From assembly GCA_903813345.2 (NCBI GenBank), contig CAIIXF020000001.1, forward strand, positions 27,714,001 through 27,778,000: a DNA stretch of 64,000 bases. The letters are read 5' to 3'. Below the pieces are notes generated by a model. The model did no database searches, had not been told where the DNA came from, and worked only from the letters and a program-made list of their open reading frames with translations. Below, piece by piece: positions 41,901-51,166 of this stretch. Numbering within the stretch: the stretch's first letter is position 1; every line of letters starts with the position of its first letter. This DNA is from Owenia fusiformis. Taxonomy: Eukaryota. The translations under genes were made by a program, and so were the position numbers.

Positions 41901-42236
41901 TGAACTAATTTTGGTTGGTCAGTTTGCCAATGACACTTTGGAAGTAAAAGTAGGTGTGGCACTCACATCAGTTTCAACAACATCATCATAAGAAGGGGGT
42001 GCCAATGGAGGGTGGAACTCTTGAACAGGGCCTTGCACGTCACTCCCTCGAGTTCCAACGTCTTTCATCTCAACATCATCTATCGCATCAAAGGTATTAG
42101 ATGGATGTTCATTTGTCAAAATAGCCACTGCTTCGTTCAAATCATTTTTTCCTAATTTTAATGCACGCCGAATTTCACTTTCACTCGGAAAGCCCATATT
42201 CATCAAGGTCTGCACGTGGTCTTCGTTCACATCCAT
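14852..42236 (-). CDS. USP24: Ubiquitin carboxyl-terminal hydrolase 24-like gene, 5' portion (21 coding exons, ~1015 aa; continues beyond the traced region)
   Basis: N-terminal UBA-like MDVNEDHVQTLMNMGF...IRRALKLGKNDLNEAVAILTNEHP, plus WSIPYKKEESLGKCL, LKSPHFNARMNSLK, QALEEHL, RTILPHG as in USP24; all exons GT-AG and phase-compatible. Confidence 0.93.
15331..15429 (-). CDS. USP24: USP24 exon 20
   Basis: AHTNERLGSVRQKIA...QIQILANEKM; |GTAAGT. Confidence 0.87.
15621..15798 (-). CDS. USP24: USP24 exon 19
   Basis: SAKLLNIERLLLIAERYIMTVED...RTILPHGTSFQG...FSQV; |GTAAGT. Confidence 0.88.
16353..16519 (-). CDS. USP24: USP24 exon 18
   Basis: DPVGLHKKFTKECYSRLEAA...VPSPS; phase 2 donor. Confidence 0.87.
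17040..17180 (-). CDS. USP24: USP24 exon 17
   Basis: IVEKMDLKGIDYLWEVCL...ELNAKLKK; |GTAAGT. Confidence 0.88.
17522..17598 (-). CDS. USP24: USP24 exon 16
   Basis: GFYCFKNFFEQVNLYDQKLRKSGSTM. Confidence 0.85.
17627..18088. mobile_element. MITE with GGCC termini and TTA TSD (PIF/Harbinger- or Zator-like)
   Basis: TTA|GGCCATAAGGAGTAGATTCTTTGTTTTG ... CAAAACAAAGAATCTACTTTTTATGGCC|TTA. Confidence 0.8.
18281..18392 (-). CDS. USP24: USP24 exon 15
   Basis: TCFEWFTRGISDLEADTQANLFEKEILRLDPTKISVK; phase 1 donor. Confidence 0.88.
18430..19136. repeat. 42-bp minisatellite with 28-bp variant units
   Basis: Unit AAAAGCATGGTGCTAGGTAATGTGTGCTGTATAGGTGATGTT repeated in tandem. Confidence 0.95.
20147..20219 (+). 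pseudogene. tRNA-derived sequence (tRNA-Thr(TGT)-like pseudogene or SINE head)
   Basis: A-box TAGCTCAAGTGATAG, anticodon arm TCTGA-CATGTAA-TCGGG, T arm GTGGGTTCGATTCCCAT; acceptor stem does not pair and U33 is replaced. Confidence 0.65.
20771..21209. mobile_element. Double-hairpin repeat element
   Basis: Inverted arms 20771-20799/21082-21107 followed by a second palindrome TTATTCACC...GGTGAATAA (21112-21209). Confidence 0.55.
22744..24550. mobile_element. Non-autonomous Tc1/mariner-type element (TA TSD, CAGGGTG termini)
   Basis: Perfect 18-bp TIR CAGGGTGACACAAAAATG with TA on both sides; related short copy at 38522-38638. Confidence 0.6.
24952..25923 (+). CDS. Class A (rhodopsin-family) GPCR, single coding exon, nested antisense in USP24 intron 14
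   Basis: Seven hydrophobic segments; GLLGN (TM1), ALVD (TM2), Cys at the top of TM3, TIDRV, VPF (TM5), LTLP (TM6), NNAVNFYLC..G.GFR (TM7/H8); first in-frame ATG 24952 gives 323 aa; start uncertain. Confidence 0.9.
   Translation: MTDLATKIKYISLIFTPTVFLLGLLGNTMSFIVMIRKKNRSQNTCFSLAIIALVDNAQMITLICNWIHGVLNSKDDNSCKLIIYFVDLFMETSIYFIIIMTIDRVMTVCFPLKQYGNSTKKLGVVFGAVFLFLVLRNIPFYIFGFSTMDQSTGTTICVVYDQALSTPLVKVLPWFDICFQTLVPFVILVICNGIIIHKLRLRAKQVANLGVNEVTQNLVVSQNSVTVMLLFVSFAVLILTLPFNILVLFGPLVESGKIDPETFSVTFWIMFNLYYANNAVNFYLCLMGGRGFRKDVRMLLCRKQNAVTVVQSINTGILVTNGL
26060..26370. repeat. Tandem repeat with alternating 39/44-bp units
   Basis: GGTAGTGCTCAA recurs at 26143, 26182, 26226, 26265, 26309 and 26348. 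Confidence 0.9.
28984..29115 (-). CDS. USP24: USP24 exon 14
   Basis: YMTTHLNFLQFILQEGVLYLHWHRAREIWETM...EDME. Confidence 0.88.
30270..31539 (+). mobile_element. HINE-like element, family A, copy 2 (more tandem units, 3' hairpin missing)
   Basis: Same head (GCAACGCCAAAGCGTAGC.AATCCCATCGAACAG), core repeats and (GGAC)n as 6252-7148. Confidence 0.75.
31930..32215. mobile_element. MITE with CC termini and TTAA TSD (piggyBac-like)
   Basis: TTAA|CCTCTTGA ... TCAAGAGG|TTAA. Confidence 0.6.
32418..32573 (-). CDS. USP24: USP24 exon 13
   Basis: GFLHELNKNHDIIKLVTRSLVECH...TLIDGRYEHRD; |GTGAGT. Confidence 0.87.
32825..33304. mobile_element. Double-hairpin repeat element
   Basis: CATACTTGAGTGGGTTTGGGGTAGATAT / ATATCTACCCCAAACCCACTCAAGTATG arms, then a ~110-bp palindrome at 33196-33304. 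Confidence 0.65.
33538..33621 (-). CDS. USP24: USP24 exon 12
   Basis: GVWVLPALKQLLHISKNIAKSSFHKSDK. Confidence 0.85.
34038..34199 (-). CDS. USP24: USP24 exon 11
   Basis: VLELLWDLAHLPSLPTDLIEQALEEHL...KCIEDIKK. Confidence 0.9.
34231..34890 (+). repeat. Short interspersed repeat family (ACAAGGCA...CACCTGCCATTTGT...GGTGACATA), interrupted copy
   Basis: Other copies at ~15190-15320, 17187-17315, 36747-36870 and (minus strand) 60630-60750. Confidence 0.7.
34337..34858. mobile_element. MITE with long TIRs starting CACTGTT and 5-bp TSD AATAT (Transib/RAGL-like signature)
   Basis: Inverted arms of ~200 bp; AATAT at 34332-34336 and 34859-34863; the uninterrupted host-repeat copy at 60630-60750 has a single AATAT. 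Confidence 0.85.
34974..35069 (-). CDS. USP24: USP24 exon 10
   Basis: SWKDENDRMRDKLLSLIGKIGRDAKAQKTTTR; |GTGAGT. Confidence 0.87.
35648..35755 (-). CDS. USP24: USP24 exon 9
   Basis: DDETNQVIDNIHGIIAAAGVKFNTEQLEHLFVLMQK; AAG acceptor. Confidence 0.82.
36415..36518 (-). CDS. USP24: USP24 exon 8
   Basis: GNIDQVQYCERVKGIVDFLGSRLSLDELSKIWKMQ. Confidence 0.88.
36975..37089 (-). CDS. USP24: USP24 exon 7
   Basis: ISKLIEDA...DWLSENKILSVALE; phase 1 donor. Confidence 0.88.
37334..37492 (-). CDS. USP24: USP24 exon 6
   Basis: KVGCVNEMLASIKLLC...LKSPHFNARMNSLKV. Confidence 0.88.
37805..38011 (-). CDS. USP24: USP24 exon 5
   Basis: FGWKKGF...LLAPLGQCAEYLN...ELKDK. Confidence 0.9.
38332..38490 (-). CDS. 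USP24: USP24 exon 4
   Basis: ALNPGNEFHYKNR...DPYGLLRNLINR; |GTAAGT. Confidence 0.88.
39371..39582 (-). CDS. USP24: USP24 exon 3
   Basis: GLCETDDNCVRFMDRCMPEA...LLEVLAM; CAG| and |GTAAGG. Confidence 0.9.
39873..40062 (-). CDS. USP24: USP24 exon 2
   Basis: KDNTVSEA...FPVTNLYELEGRVFTDQWSIPYKKEESLGKCL...AAE; NAGNAG acceptor (TAGAAG); phase 1 donor. Confidence 0.88.
40866..41179. mobile_element. MITE with GG termini and TTAA TSD (Kolobok-like)
   Basis: TTAA|GGCCAGGGTGCATG ... CATGCACCCTGACC|TTAA, ~85-bp TIRs. Confidence 0.8.
41967..42236 (-). CDS. USP24: USP24 coding exon 1 (UBA domain)
   Basis: ATG 42236; donor GAT|GTGAGT, phase 0. Confidence 0.9.
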
Positions 42237-42354
42237 CTTGGAATGTGCTTCAAAAGCAACAGGTCGCTGTCAAGTTGATGATTATTCCATTACGCCTAAG
42301 TAAGACCCAAAAATGTTTAAAATACCGACACTTAAAAGTAGGTCAGAACTTTTT

Positions 42355-42368
42355 GCCCGCCATATTGA
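42355..42368 (-). promoter_or_regulatory. YY1-like motif near the probable USP24 transcription start
   Basis: CAATATGGCGGGC on the minus strand, ~125 nt upstream of the ATG. Confidence 0.35.
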
Positions 42369-42690
42369 AAGTGTAATAAACTAAGCGAGCAACAATTTCA
42401 TTCAAGTAGTGACACCTATTATACTACTAAGAACTAAAAATACTACAAAGGCTATCCAGTGGGGGTAGCTAGTGGACAGTTGCACACTGACTTGGTTTAG
42501 CATGGGAAAAATTTGTTTGTTGACAAATGCCAAGTTTCCAGAACATCAAAACCCATGTTTTGTGTGGAGTATATGTACAATCGAGAGTCAATGTATAAAA
42601 TTGTATGAGTTTTAAAAAAAATCATGGCTTTAATCTTGGGAGTGAGTCAACCCTGGGGAGTCATTTGGCAAGTCAAGCCCGTGGTTTTAT

Positions 42691-44305
42691 TAGCTCACAT
42701 GGTGAGCTTTTGCAATCACTCACTTGTCCATCTGTCTGTCCGTCTGTCCGTCCGTCCGTCAACAATAGTGGCACGTTTTAAAGGCCTCTGTCGATAATAG
42801 GATTCCCATTTTAAGTTATTTCTGTTCAACATCAATACAGCAAACTCCCCTCTGACTCCTGGTTCAAAAGCTCGCCTATTTTCAAGATGGCTGCCATTTT
42901 TGTCTCACGAAATTCATTTTTGACCCATTTCCTAGCTTTACAAATAATGTCAAGTGTCCTGCATTGTTAAAATCCATGTCAATGTGAAGAGTAGTTATAT
43001 GAAATGATTTTGTTACAAAAAATCAGCAAAAAATTATATCCATTTTTTTTATTTTCAGCCATTTTAGTTAACATTGATTTGTCCATCTGACTCGCGAAAT
43101 CCACTTTTTCGTCAACAATAGTGGCACGTTTAAAAACCTCTGTCGATAGGATCTCCGTTTTAAGTTATTTCTGTTCAACATCAATACAGAAAACTCCCCT
43201 ATGGCAGCTGGTTCAAAAGCTCGCCTATTTTCAAAATGGCCGCCATTTTTGTCTCGCGAAATTCACTTTTGACCCATTTCCTAGCTTTACAAATAATTTC
43301 AGGTGTCCTGCATTGTAAAAATCCATGTCAATGTAAAGAGTAGTTGTATGAAATAATTTTGTTACAAAAAATTATATCCATTTTTTTATTTTCGGCCATT
43401 TTAGTTAACATTGATTTGACAATCTGCCTCGCGAGATCCACTTTTGAACCATTTGCCTTAAAACATCTGTTGATAGGATTCCCGTTTTAAGTTATTTGTG
43501 TTCAACATCAATACAGAAAACTCCCCTCTGACTCCTGGTTCAAAAGCTCGCCTATTTTCAAGATGGCTGCCATTTTTGTCTCGCGAAATTCATTTTTGAC
43601 CCATTTCCTAGCTTTAAAAATAATGCCAGGTGTCCTGCATTGTTAAAATCCATATCAATGTGAAGAGTAGTTATATGAAATGATTTTGTTACAAAAAATC
43701 AGCAAAAATGTATATCTGTTTTTTATTTCCAGCCATTTTAGCTAACATTAATTTGTCCATCTGACTTGCGAAATCCACTTTTCCGTCAACAATAGTTAGT
43801 GGCACGTTTTAAAACCTCTGTCGATAGGATTCCCGTTTTAAGTAATTTGTGTTCAATATCAATACAGAAAACTCCCCTATGACTCCTGGTTCAAAAGCTC
43901 GCATATTTTCAAAATGGCCGCCATTCTTGTCTCGCAAAATTCACTTTTGACCCATTTCCTAGCTTTACATATAATTTCAGGTGTCCTGCATTGTAAAAAG
44001 CCATTTCACTGTAAAGAGAAGTTGTATTCGAACTAATCGGAAAAAAATCATGCCCTTTTATTTTTATTTTCAGCCATTTTAGTTAACATTGATTTGTCCA
44101 TCTGTCTCTCAGTCAGTCCAAAATAGTGGCAACACTTGGCTCTTTTTAAATCCGCTGTAGATAGGATTCCCGTTTTAAAATATTTTTGTTCAACATCAAT
44201 AAAGAAAAAAAACTGTGACTCCTGCTTCGGCAAAGAATTATATCCGTATTTTTTATTTTCACTTTTGAGCAACACCATGTGAGCCCAGTACCCACGGTAC
44301 TATTT
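42691..44305 (-). mobile_element. HINE-like element, family B, copy 2, carrying ~330-355-bp tandem units
   Basis: TAGCTCACATGGTGAGCT hairpin plus (GTCC/GTCT)n at the left; CATGTGAGCCCAGTACCCACGGTACTATTT at the right; four-plus tandem units. Confidence 0.75.
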
Positions 44306-44905
44306 ATTTATTTTTGTTCTACACAACACTTGCGTTTAATGAAACTGAAGTACAGTTCATTAATAGGTCGTTCAGTTTTCTTGTTTTTGTTCTACACAAC
44401 ACTGTTTATAGCCACGCGTAATTATTAATAAGCGTTATCAGATTATTCCAAGCGTCGAAATAGCTAATTTTCCTCGACGTATCTACACAAACCTATTCAC
44501 TTACCGTTATAGTGAGTACTCTAGATGCGTCAATTATAATTGTTTTCACTCATCGGCTTTAAATTAGTGGCCCGCAATACCTTTTATTTCATTCATTTAA
44601 GACGCAATTGATATATTGGCAACAAATCAAATGTTCTAAATGATTCTTCTTCATTTTGGAATGTTTCTCCTACCCGATATTCAAAGATGTGTCTTAAATA
44701 TTATACTTTACATTGATCACGATTCTTGTACTTTCTGTCTTTACGACTCCCGTTCACATTTGAGTTGTTGATTGCATTGCCTTGATCGTTGGTCGAACTT
44801 CGATTCCAACTAAATCAGATTAATCAATTAAGAAATGTAATATCATGTTTATCCAAGCAAATAATTGTAACAACTACATTATTTTTTAGCGGTTTTGACA
44901 CCTAA

Positions 44906-45330
44906 GCAGGGTAGCCTAGTGGCGTAGACTGAGGCTACTTTGCGGTTGAACGTCGTGGGATACGGAGGTCCCGCGTTCGAGCCCCAGGTACGGAGTTGTT
45001 GATCATTGTCACTACGGACACCCGGTCCGAAGGTCCAACCGTTTACCGGCCCTTGGCATGGGTTGGTTCTCTGGCCGCTCTCGCCGGAGACAGATTGTGA
45101 GACTGTGGTTGGTTCCTCCACTAACGTGCTTTAGTAAACTCCGGGAGTCATATAGTATGGTAGCGGGCCCCAACCAAGGGCAGTAGTGGAACGACGCGAA
45201 TCGGTCCCAGTATGGTTGCCTTGCAACTGAAGAGACTCGAGGAAATCATGCCATTCGCAGTGACCCAGAAAAGACTTTTGCTCCTTAATTTGACGTTTTA
45301 ATTCATTTATTTACATACTTTATTTATATT
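44906..45330 (+). mobile_element. GC-rich tRNA-derived SINE-like / Pol III unit
   Basis: A-box TAGCCTAGTGG 44912-44922, B-box GTTCGAGCC 44975-44983, first T4 at 45276, then a (TTTA)-rich tail. Confidence 0.6.
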
Positions 45331-47343
45331 ACTCTCCAGGCAGTTATGATTTTTATTGGTCAAATGACAATGAACGAGACATATAGACACTATTAAATAC
45401 ATCTAGATTGTATCAAAACCATAATTCTATTTGTCGGACATATATAAAATAACACTTGAAAACACAACACACATAGCTGCAATATCCATAGCATTTGGCA
45501 CGGTCGGTTCCCACGCTCTATCATTTTGTGTGGTCATCATAAGATAAGGCCTTAAGGAGGTACGGTTGATCGGACCATGGGCTTTCAACAGAGTCAAGAA
45601 ATTGGCATGGATACTTTGAGAAATGAGGAAGCGACAAAAGGAAACACAGGAAATAATCCAGAAATGTCCACACCAGTGTTCTCGTTAGTTATGGCAAGGC
45701 CCCGGAGGAAAAACAGCATTCGTGGGTAGCTTAATTTTGTACCAATTAGAGCCATGACTTAAACTCAACCAAGAACGGTGGAGCGGCAAAGCCACTATGG
45801 GTCCCAATTGAGAATCAATTCAAATCAAAATCAAATTGAGAATCAGCTAGATGACCTGCTAAGTTTAGTATTGATTTGCCCCTAAATAGAATATTAAAGG
45901 GGCGCTGAATATTGGACTTACGTAGTTAATGAGCACCATTTTAAACTGCCAATTGAAACATGTAGGTTATTCAATGTTTCAAAATAATGAAACTGAAATA
46001 TTGGGCAAAATAATTGATATTTCGTTTGTGGAATGAAAACTGATGATAGAGATAATATCAGTAGCCAAAAACTATCTTGAGCAATTTAAACAAGGAAATG
46101 ATGCCAATTTAAAAGTATTATATGAAAAGAAATGTATGTGAAATGGTTAGAAACCGAAATAACTTCAGAATTAATGGGATCATTGAGGCACACATTGATA
46201 AAAATCAGTCTTGGATTTGGAAAGATTTAAAGTAAAACAAATGAATGCGTTTCTTACTATCTCCATGACAACATATCTTGCTCTCTCTCCATGACAACAA
46301 TTTTTGGCCCCATCAGCACACCATCGAAAATACAGTAATTATCAAGTTCAATAAGAAATGTGAAACTTTATATTTGATTTAATAGCACAATTATTGATTT
46401 TTACCAATGAAACAATACAGTATGTAAATGTTTACTTCATTGAATACAGAATTTACCACGGTTAAATATATTGTATGAGGTACAGGGTTTACCATAATCA
46501 AACATAAATAACAGAATTATGACTTTATCCTCTATGAAATACAGATATTGATGGTTTACTCGAATTCAGTTTGTTGAGACGACCCCTCAATCCCCTCACA
46601 ATTAAAAAAATTCTGGCCGCAACTGAGATGTAAAGATGTGAGTCAAAGATTTTAAATTAAGCTTTATCTGAATATGTTTTTGCGCGATAAAACCGTTAAT
46701 TGCTATGAATATATAAACAACAGACGGATTGACATCCAGTCTCATATTAAAAAGTTTAAAGTCAAAATATTGTGGAAGTAGATAAAAGTGAATTTTTAAT
46801 TTTCAAGACTTGTCTGTTCAATGAAAAAATCACGTAATTTGAACCAAAGCGTGTATGATAAAGTAATAATTTCTCTTGGCTTTTCAACATTGCACCATAT
46901 TTGACTTTTCAGGCTCCACTTTTATTATTCTATGCCTATATAATGTTACTGTGCACTGTCATACATGTACATAATCATATACATGACGTTTTGAAAGAGT
47001 ATAGAGCTAGATTCAAAGCACCATTGTGCGAGTTTCAAACTTGAAAATGCATGTATTGAGGACTGCAACTTTTTATGTCTACACTGACAAAGACTTGAAA
47101 TTCCCGCTGTAAAGTCTTACATATACAGATATAATATCAATAATATGTCATATTTACCCATTTTTCTTAATTTTTAATAATTACAGTTTTGAGTGATTTT
47201 GAGTCAGGGCCTCAGAGCATGGCCTCCGCGGAAAATGAGATATCTCTCCAAGTTGTTGATGTACTTTTCTCCATTGACACTCTATCTATACATAAAAATC
47301 ATTAAGATTCCTTTAAGAAGTTTTTCCGAAAATAGTGCACATG

Positions 47344-48805
47344 CTATCTATTGCAAGACTAACGCCTGGTGTAACCGTCACCATGTTATTCGGTGTTTTT
47401 TAAGTAGCGCAAGGATCCTGCCATGACCGTGGCAGTGTTATTTTGTAAGCCTGGTATAACCGTGACAACGCTGTATTATATTGCAAGGCCTGTCATGACC
47501 GTGAGTGTTATCGTGGAAGCCTGGCGCGGCCGTAGCATTTACGTTTAATTTAAGAATTTTTTATTGTTGTTTGTTAAGTGATTTGTTTACTATCCACTTT
47601 TAAATAAATTGTTTATTAGCGTGACACAAATAACTTAATGATTAACTATTTTAGAATATGCGGAAATAATGTGAATATAATGTCTAGTAGTAATTTTGAT
47701 ATTAACATAATTAAGGTAGTTAAACACCTACATCACCACTCGCATACTTGCAATACTACATTACACTGCCACGGCGGTCATACCAAGCCTTGCAATACTA
47801 TATTATATTGTCACGGTCATGCCAGGCCTTGCAGTACTATATTACATTGTCACGGTCATGGCAGACCTTGCAATACTACATGTATATTACCTTGTCACGG
47901 TCATGCCAGCCTTTGTAATACACAGTGTCACGGTTATAGCAGTAGTCCTAATCATAAATTTCTACATCACCACTTTCATACCTGAACTTGCAATACTACA
48001 TTACACTGCCACGGCGGTCATACCAAGCCTTGCAATACTATATTACATTGTCACGGTCATGCCAGGCCTTGCAGTACTGTATTACATGGTCACGGCCATG
48101 CCAGGCCTTGCAGTACTATATGACATTGTCACGGTCATGCCTGGCTTTGCTATAAACATTGTCACGGTTATAGCAGTCCTAATCATAAATTATTGCAAGG
48201 CCTGTCATGACCGTGGTAATGTTAAAGCCTAATATGACCGTGACAATGCTTATAAGGCCTGTCATGACCGTGGTAATGTTAAAGCCCCGTATGACCGTGA
48301 CAATAGTTGCAAGGCCTCTCATGACCGTGGTTGTATTTAAAGTAGCATGAGAACACTGTAATGACAATTTTTCTTCGTGTTTATCTACCTTAAATATGTA
48401 AATAAAGACTACTAAAAATGTGTATTAATTTCACAACGAAAACCTAATTTTTACTCATAAATAATTTGCGAACAAACTATATCTCTACTCTCATTCAAAG
48501 AGCTTCGATTCGAAAGCATATACTTTCTATAATGATCAATTAATAAGATTTATTCATAAAAAATACCAACAGCAACGGGTCATTAATGTCATATAAAGGT
48601 TGCGGTCGCGCCAGGCTTACACGATTACACTACCACGGTCATGGCAGGCATTTTAATATAATACAGCATTGTCGCGGTTATACCAGGCTTTCACGATAAC
48701 ATAACCACGGTCATGGCAGGATCCTTGCCGCTGCAGTTGCGCTACTTAAAAAACACCAAATAACATAGTGACGGTTACGCCAGGCGTTAGTCTTGCAACA
48801 GATAG
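47344..48805. mobile_element. Foldback-like element with long TIRs and internal ~30-bp tandem arrays in alternating orientation
   Basis: CTATCT.TTGCAAGACTAACGCCTGG... at both ends, inverted; CATGACCGTG / CACGGTCATG arrays. Confidence 0.8.
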
Positions 48806-49309
48806 GGTCTCAAATAGTGGGTGAAATTTTTTGTTCCACTCTGTATTACATAGAATCGAAAGTGAAAGTAATACAAGATTGTGCACATACAACAGTGACG
48901 TCACGGTTTTTGTATAGAAGAGAGTTGTCGAAATCTTCAGAATTTCTTGCAAAATTATTTAAATTATCATTAAAGGACTGCTAATTGAAATCACAGCGGT
49001 GTAGTAGTAGTATAAACAGGAGATTTTCTACAATTGCAAACGGTTTGTACAAACATCAGGATTATAGGTTATGGCAATTAGATCTATTTATTTTCTTCCA
49101 TAATTTTTGGGATTTTTAAAAAAAAAATTGATTTTAGATCGGGTTCCTCTTTTCTGACAACTTTGATCGTGAAAAATAAGACATAGCTGAAGAATGATAC
49201 TGTCACTTACCTTCCAGAAGTTAGTTAAACATTCAGCTATATTGCTGATACAAAATAATAAATAATAAAGGGTGAGTTTTCAAACTAAACACAGTGCTCC
49301 TACCAAAAT

Positions 49310-49905
49310 TGATTTACTTCCTGCGAAAGCTATGTGGATTTTGATACAATAGCTTTCCTACAGCGCACTTGGACAGCTGAATAATAGTGGCCTTTAAAAC
49401 ATGAATAATGAGATCTGCGGCTTACTTTTGGTCTCTAACTGTGTCTTACATCAGTATCATCAACCCGTGCAAGTATTGGAGCGCTGAAATACTTCTTTTT
49501 CGATCAAGTCTTGTATATTGTTAATAGAGTGAATGTTTTTTCAACCCATTTCCAGTATGGCGGTTTGCTAGGAGCAAGATACGCAACAAACGAAATGAAT
49601 TTTTAGTATGAGTTAGGTTCGGACAACCTCCGGAGATTTACAAAAATGTCCGAGCAGGAAACCCCATATTAGAATTTGGCAGAAAAAACATTCACTCGAC
49701 TAAGTCTTGATAGAAAAGGAAGTACTTCAACGCTCCAATACTTGCATGGAAGGATGATAATGATGTATGACATAGTTAGAGAACAAAAGTAAGCCGCTGA
49801 TCAACTTAATTCGTGTTTCAAAGGTCACTATTATTCAGCTGTCCATTTCTCCGTTGGAAAGCAATAAGTTTCAAAATCTAATATGGCTCTCGAAGTGAGT
49901 AAGAT
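49310..49905. mobile_element. Diverged MITE with ~230-bp inverted arms
   Basis: e.g. GGACAGCTGAATAATAGTG / CACTATTATTCAGCTGTCC and GCAAGTATTGGAGCG / CGCTCCAATACTTGC. Confidence 0.75.
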
Positions 49906-50452
49906 TTGCCTATAACCCCTGAGACTCTTATCTGATAGATAGAATGCACAAATAAAACAAATGTTTTGCTATTAAATTTCTCTTAAATTTCTAAGTGATT
50001 TTACCTGTTAATTCTGTTATTGGTCAGCCATTTTTGCGGATGTTACACTGAAACACAAACTCCACGGAATGAAACAAAATCACTAGAAAAAACATGGCAC
50101 ACATTGTGCGTATACGCATTAAAGAAGATGCGTCACTGAAAATTTCAATAAAAAGTGACTACCTTTCAAAACGTTCCTTATACAAAATGGTACCTGCTTT
50201 CTTGTGATAGATTTTGCACTTATTTTATAGCTGAGATCTTCATCTTTCTATTTTTACTTATTTGAGTAAATAACCTATGGACGCAGTTATTTGACTTTTA
50301 ATAAGGCAAATATTCATTTGATCGGGGCTCTTGTGTGTCCAAATATCATTGTAATGCTGACGTTACATTTCTTGAATCACGGGAGCACCATTCAGATTTA
50401 GACAGACAAGAGCCCTAACTAAAGATAAAATATCACTATTTTTGCCTCTTAT

Positions 50453-50996
50453 CAACGCAGGATTGCTTGAATACTTTTCATTAGTGATCATCAAGGTAAA
50501 GAATAACAAGACGCCTCGAATGAGTTATGATTTGTCTCATGTTTTTCAGAAATGTCTGCACAATTGTCATTTTAAAATTTGAAATTTTCTGAGGTGTCTC
50601 ATCTGGAGGAATATTTATTGAGCTACTTATTCTACTACGAAAGAATCTGGCCGGGATCAATGCTTAAATCCAGTCAGATTATTTGATTATTTTGTGCACA
50701 TGAATTATTGGACTTATTAAAATTGGACTCTCACTTTATGGAGATTCATGATTCAAAATTTGAATTCAAACAACCGCCATTTTGTTCACTTTAACATTTG
50801 AATCGTGAATTTTGGTCTTATATCCGAACAAAAAATTCCAAAACTCACGAGAAATGATCGAGATATTGGTTCGAATCTTTTGGACTGTTTATTTTGAATT
50901 TATACTTGTCGGTTATAATTTAAAAAAATAACGCCATTTCGATGTTTTCATTGTTGAAAAAAGTCGAGTTTCAGTCCTGGGAGCCAATCCTCCTTG
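50453..50996. mobile_element. MITE related to 9042-9366
   Basis: Ends CTGGGAGCCAATCCTCCTTG; shares the internal TTGAATCG.GA.TTTTGGTCT block. Confidence 0.6.
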
Positions 50997-51089
50997 TTAC
51001 TTTTCTAAACAATGTTTTGTGCATAATTCAGTAGAAATGCCTTTATGAATGATGGGTATGATTTGACTCACATATAATCAAAGATCACA

Positions 51090-51166
51090 CCGCCATCTAA
51101 GTGTAAAAATATTGTTTAAAGTGACTATGTATGCTCAAAATAAAGCTTTCAAGAATAATGAAGAAG
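51090..51166 (+). other. MFF: Probable first exon of MFF (5' UTR or Met-Lys-Lys leader)
   Basis: Strong donor AAG|GTAAGT at 51166/51167; ATG 52085 is directly preceded by an acceptor AG, so an upstream exon is required; left boundary is a guess. Confidence 0.45.

Noticed and set aside
45228-45285. Possible hammerhead ribozyme (CTGAAGA...GAAA)
   Set aside because: No stem II closing pair and no UH cleavage triplet after the putative stem III; an HDV-like fold also lacked the P1.1 GG
47638-48367. His/Cys-rich ORF (CHGH repeats) resembling a metal-binding protein
   Set aside because: Translation of the tandem arrays inside the foldback element
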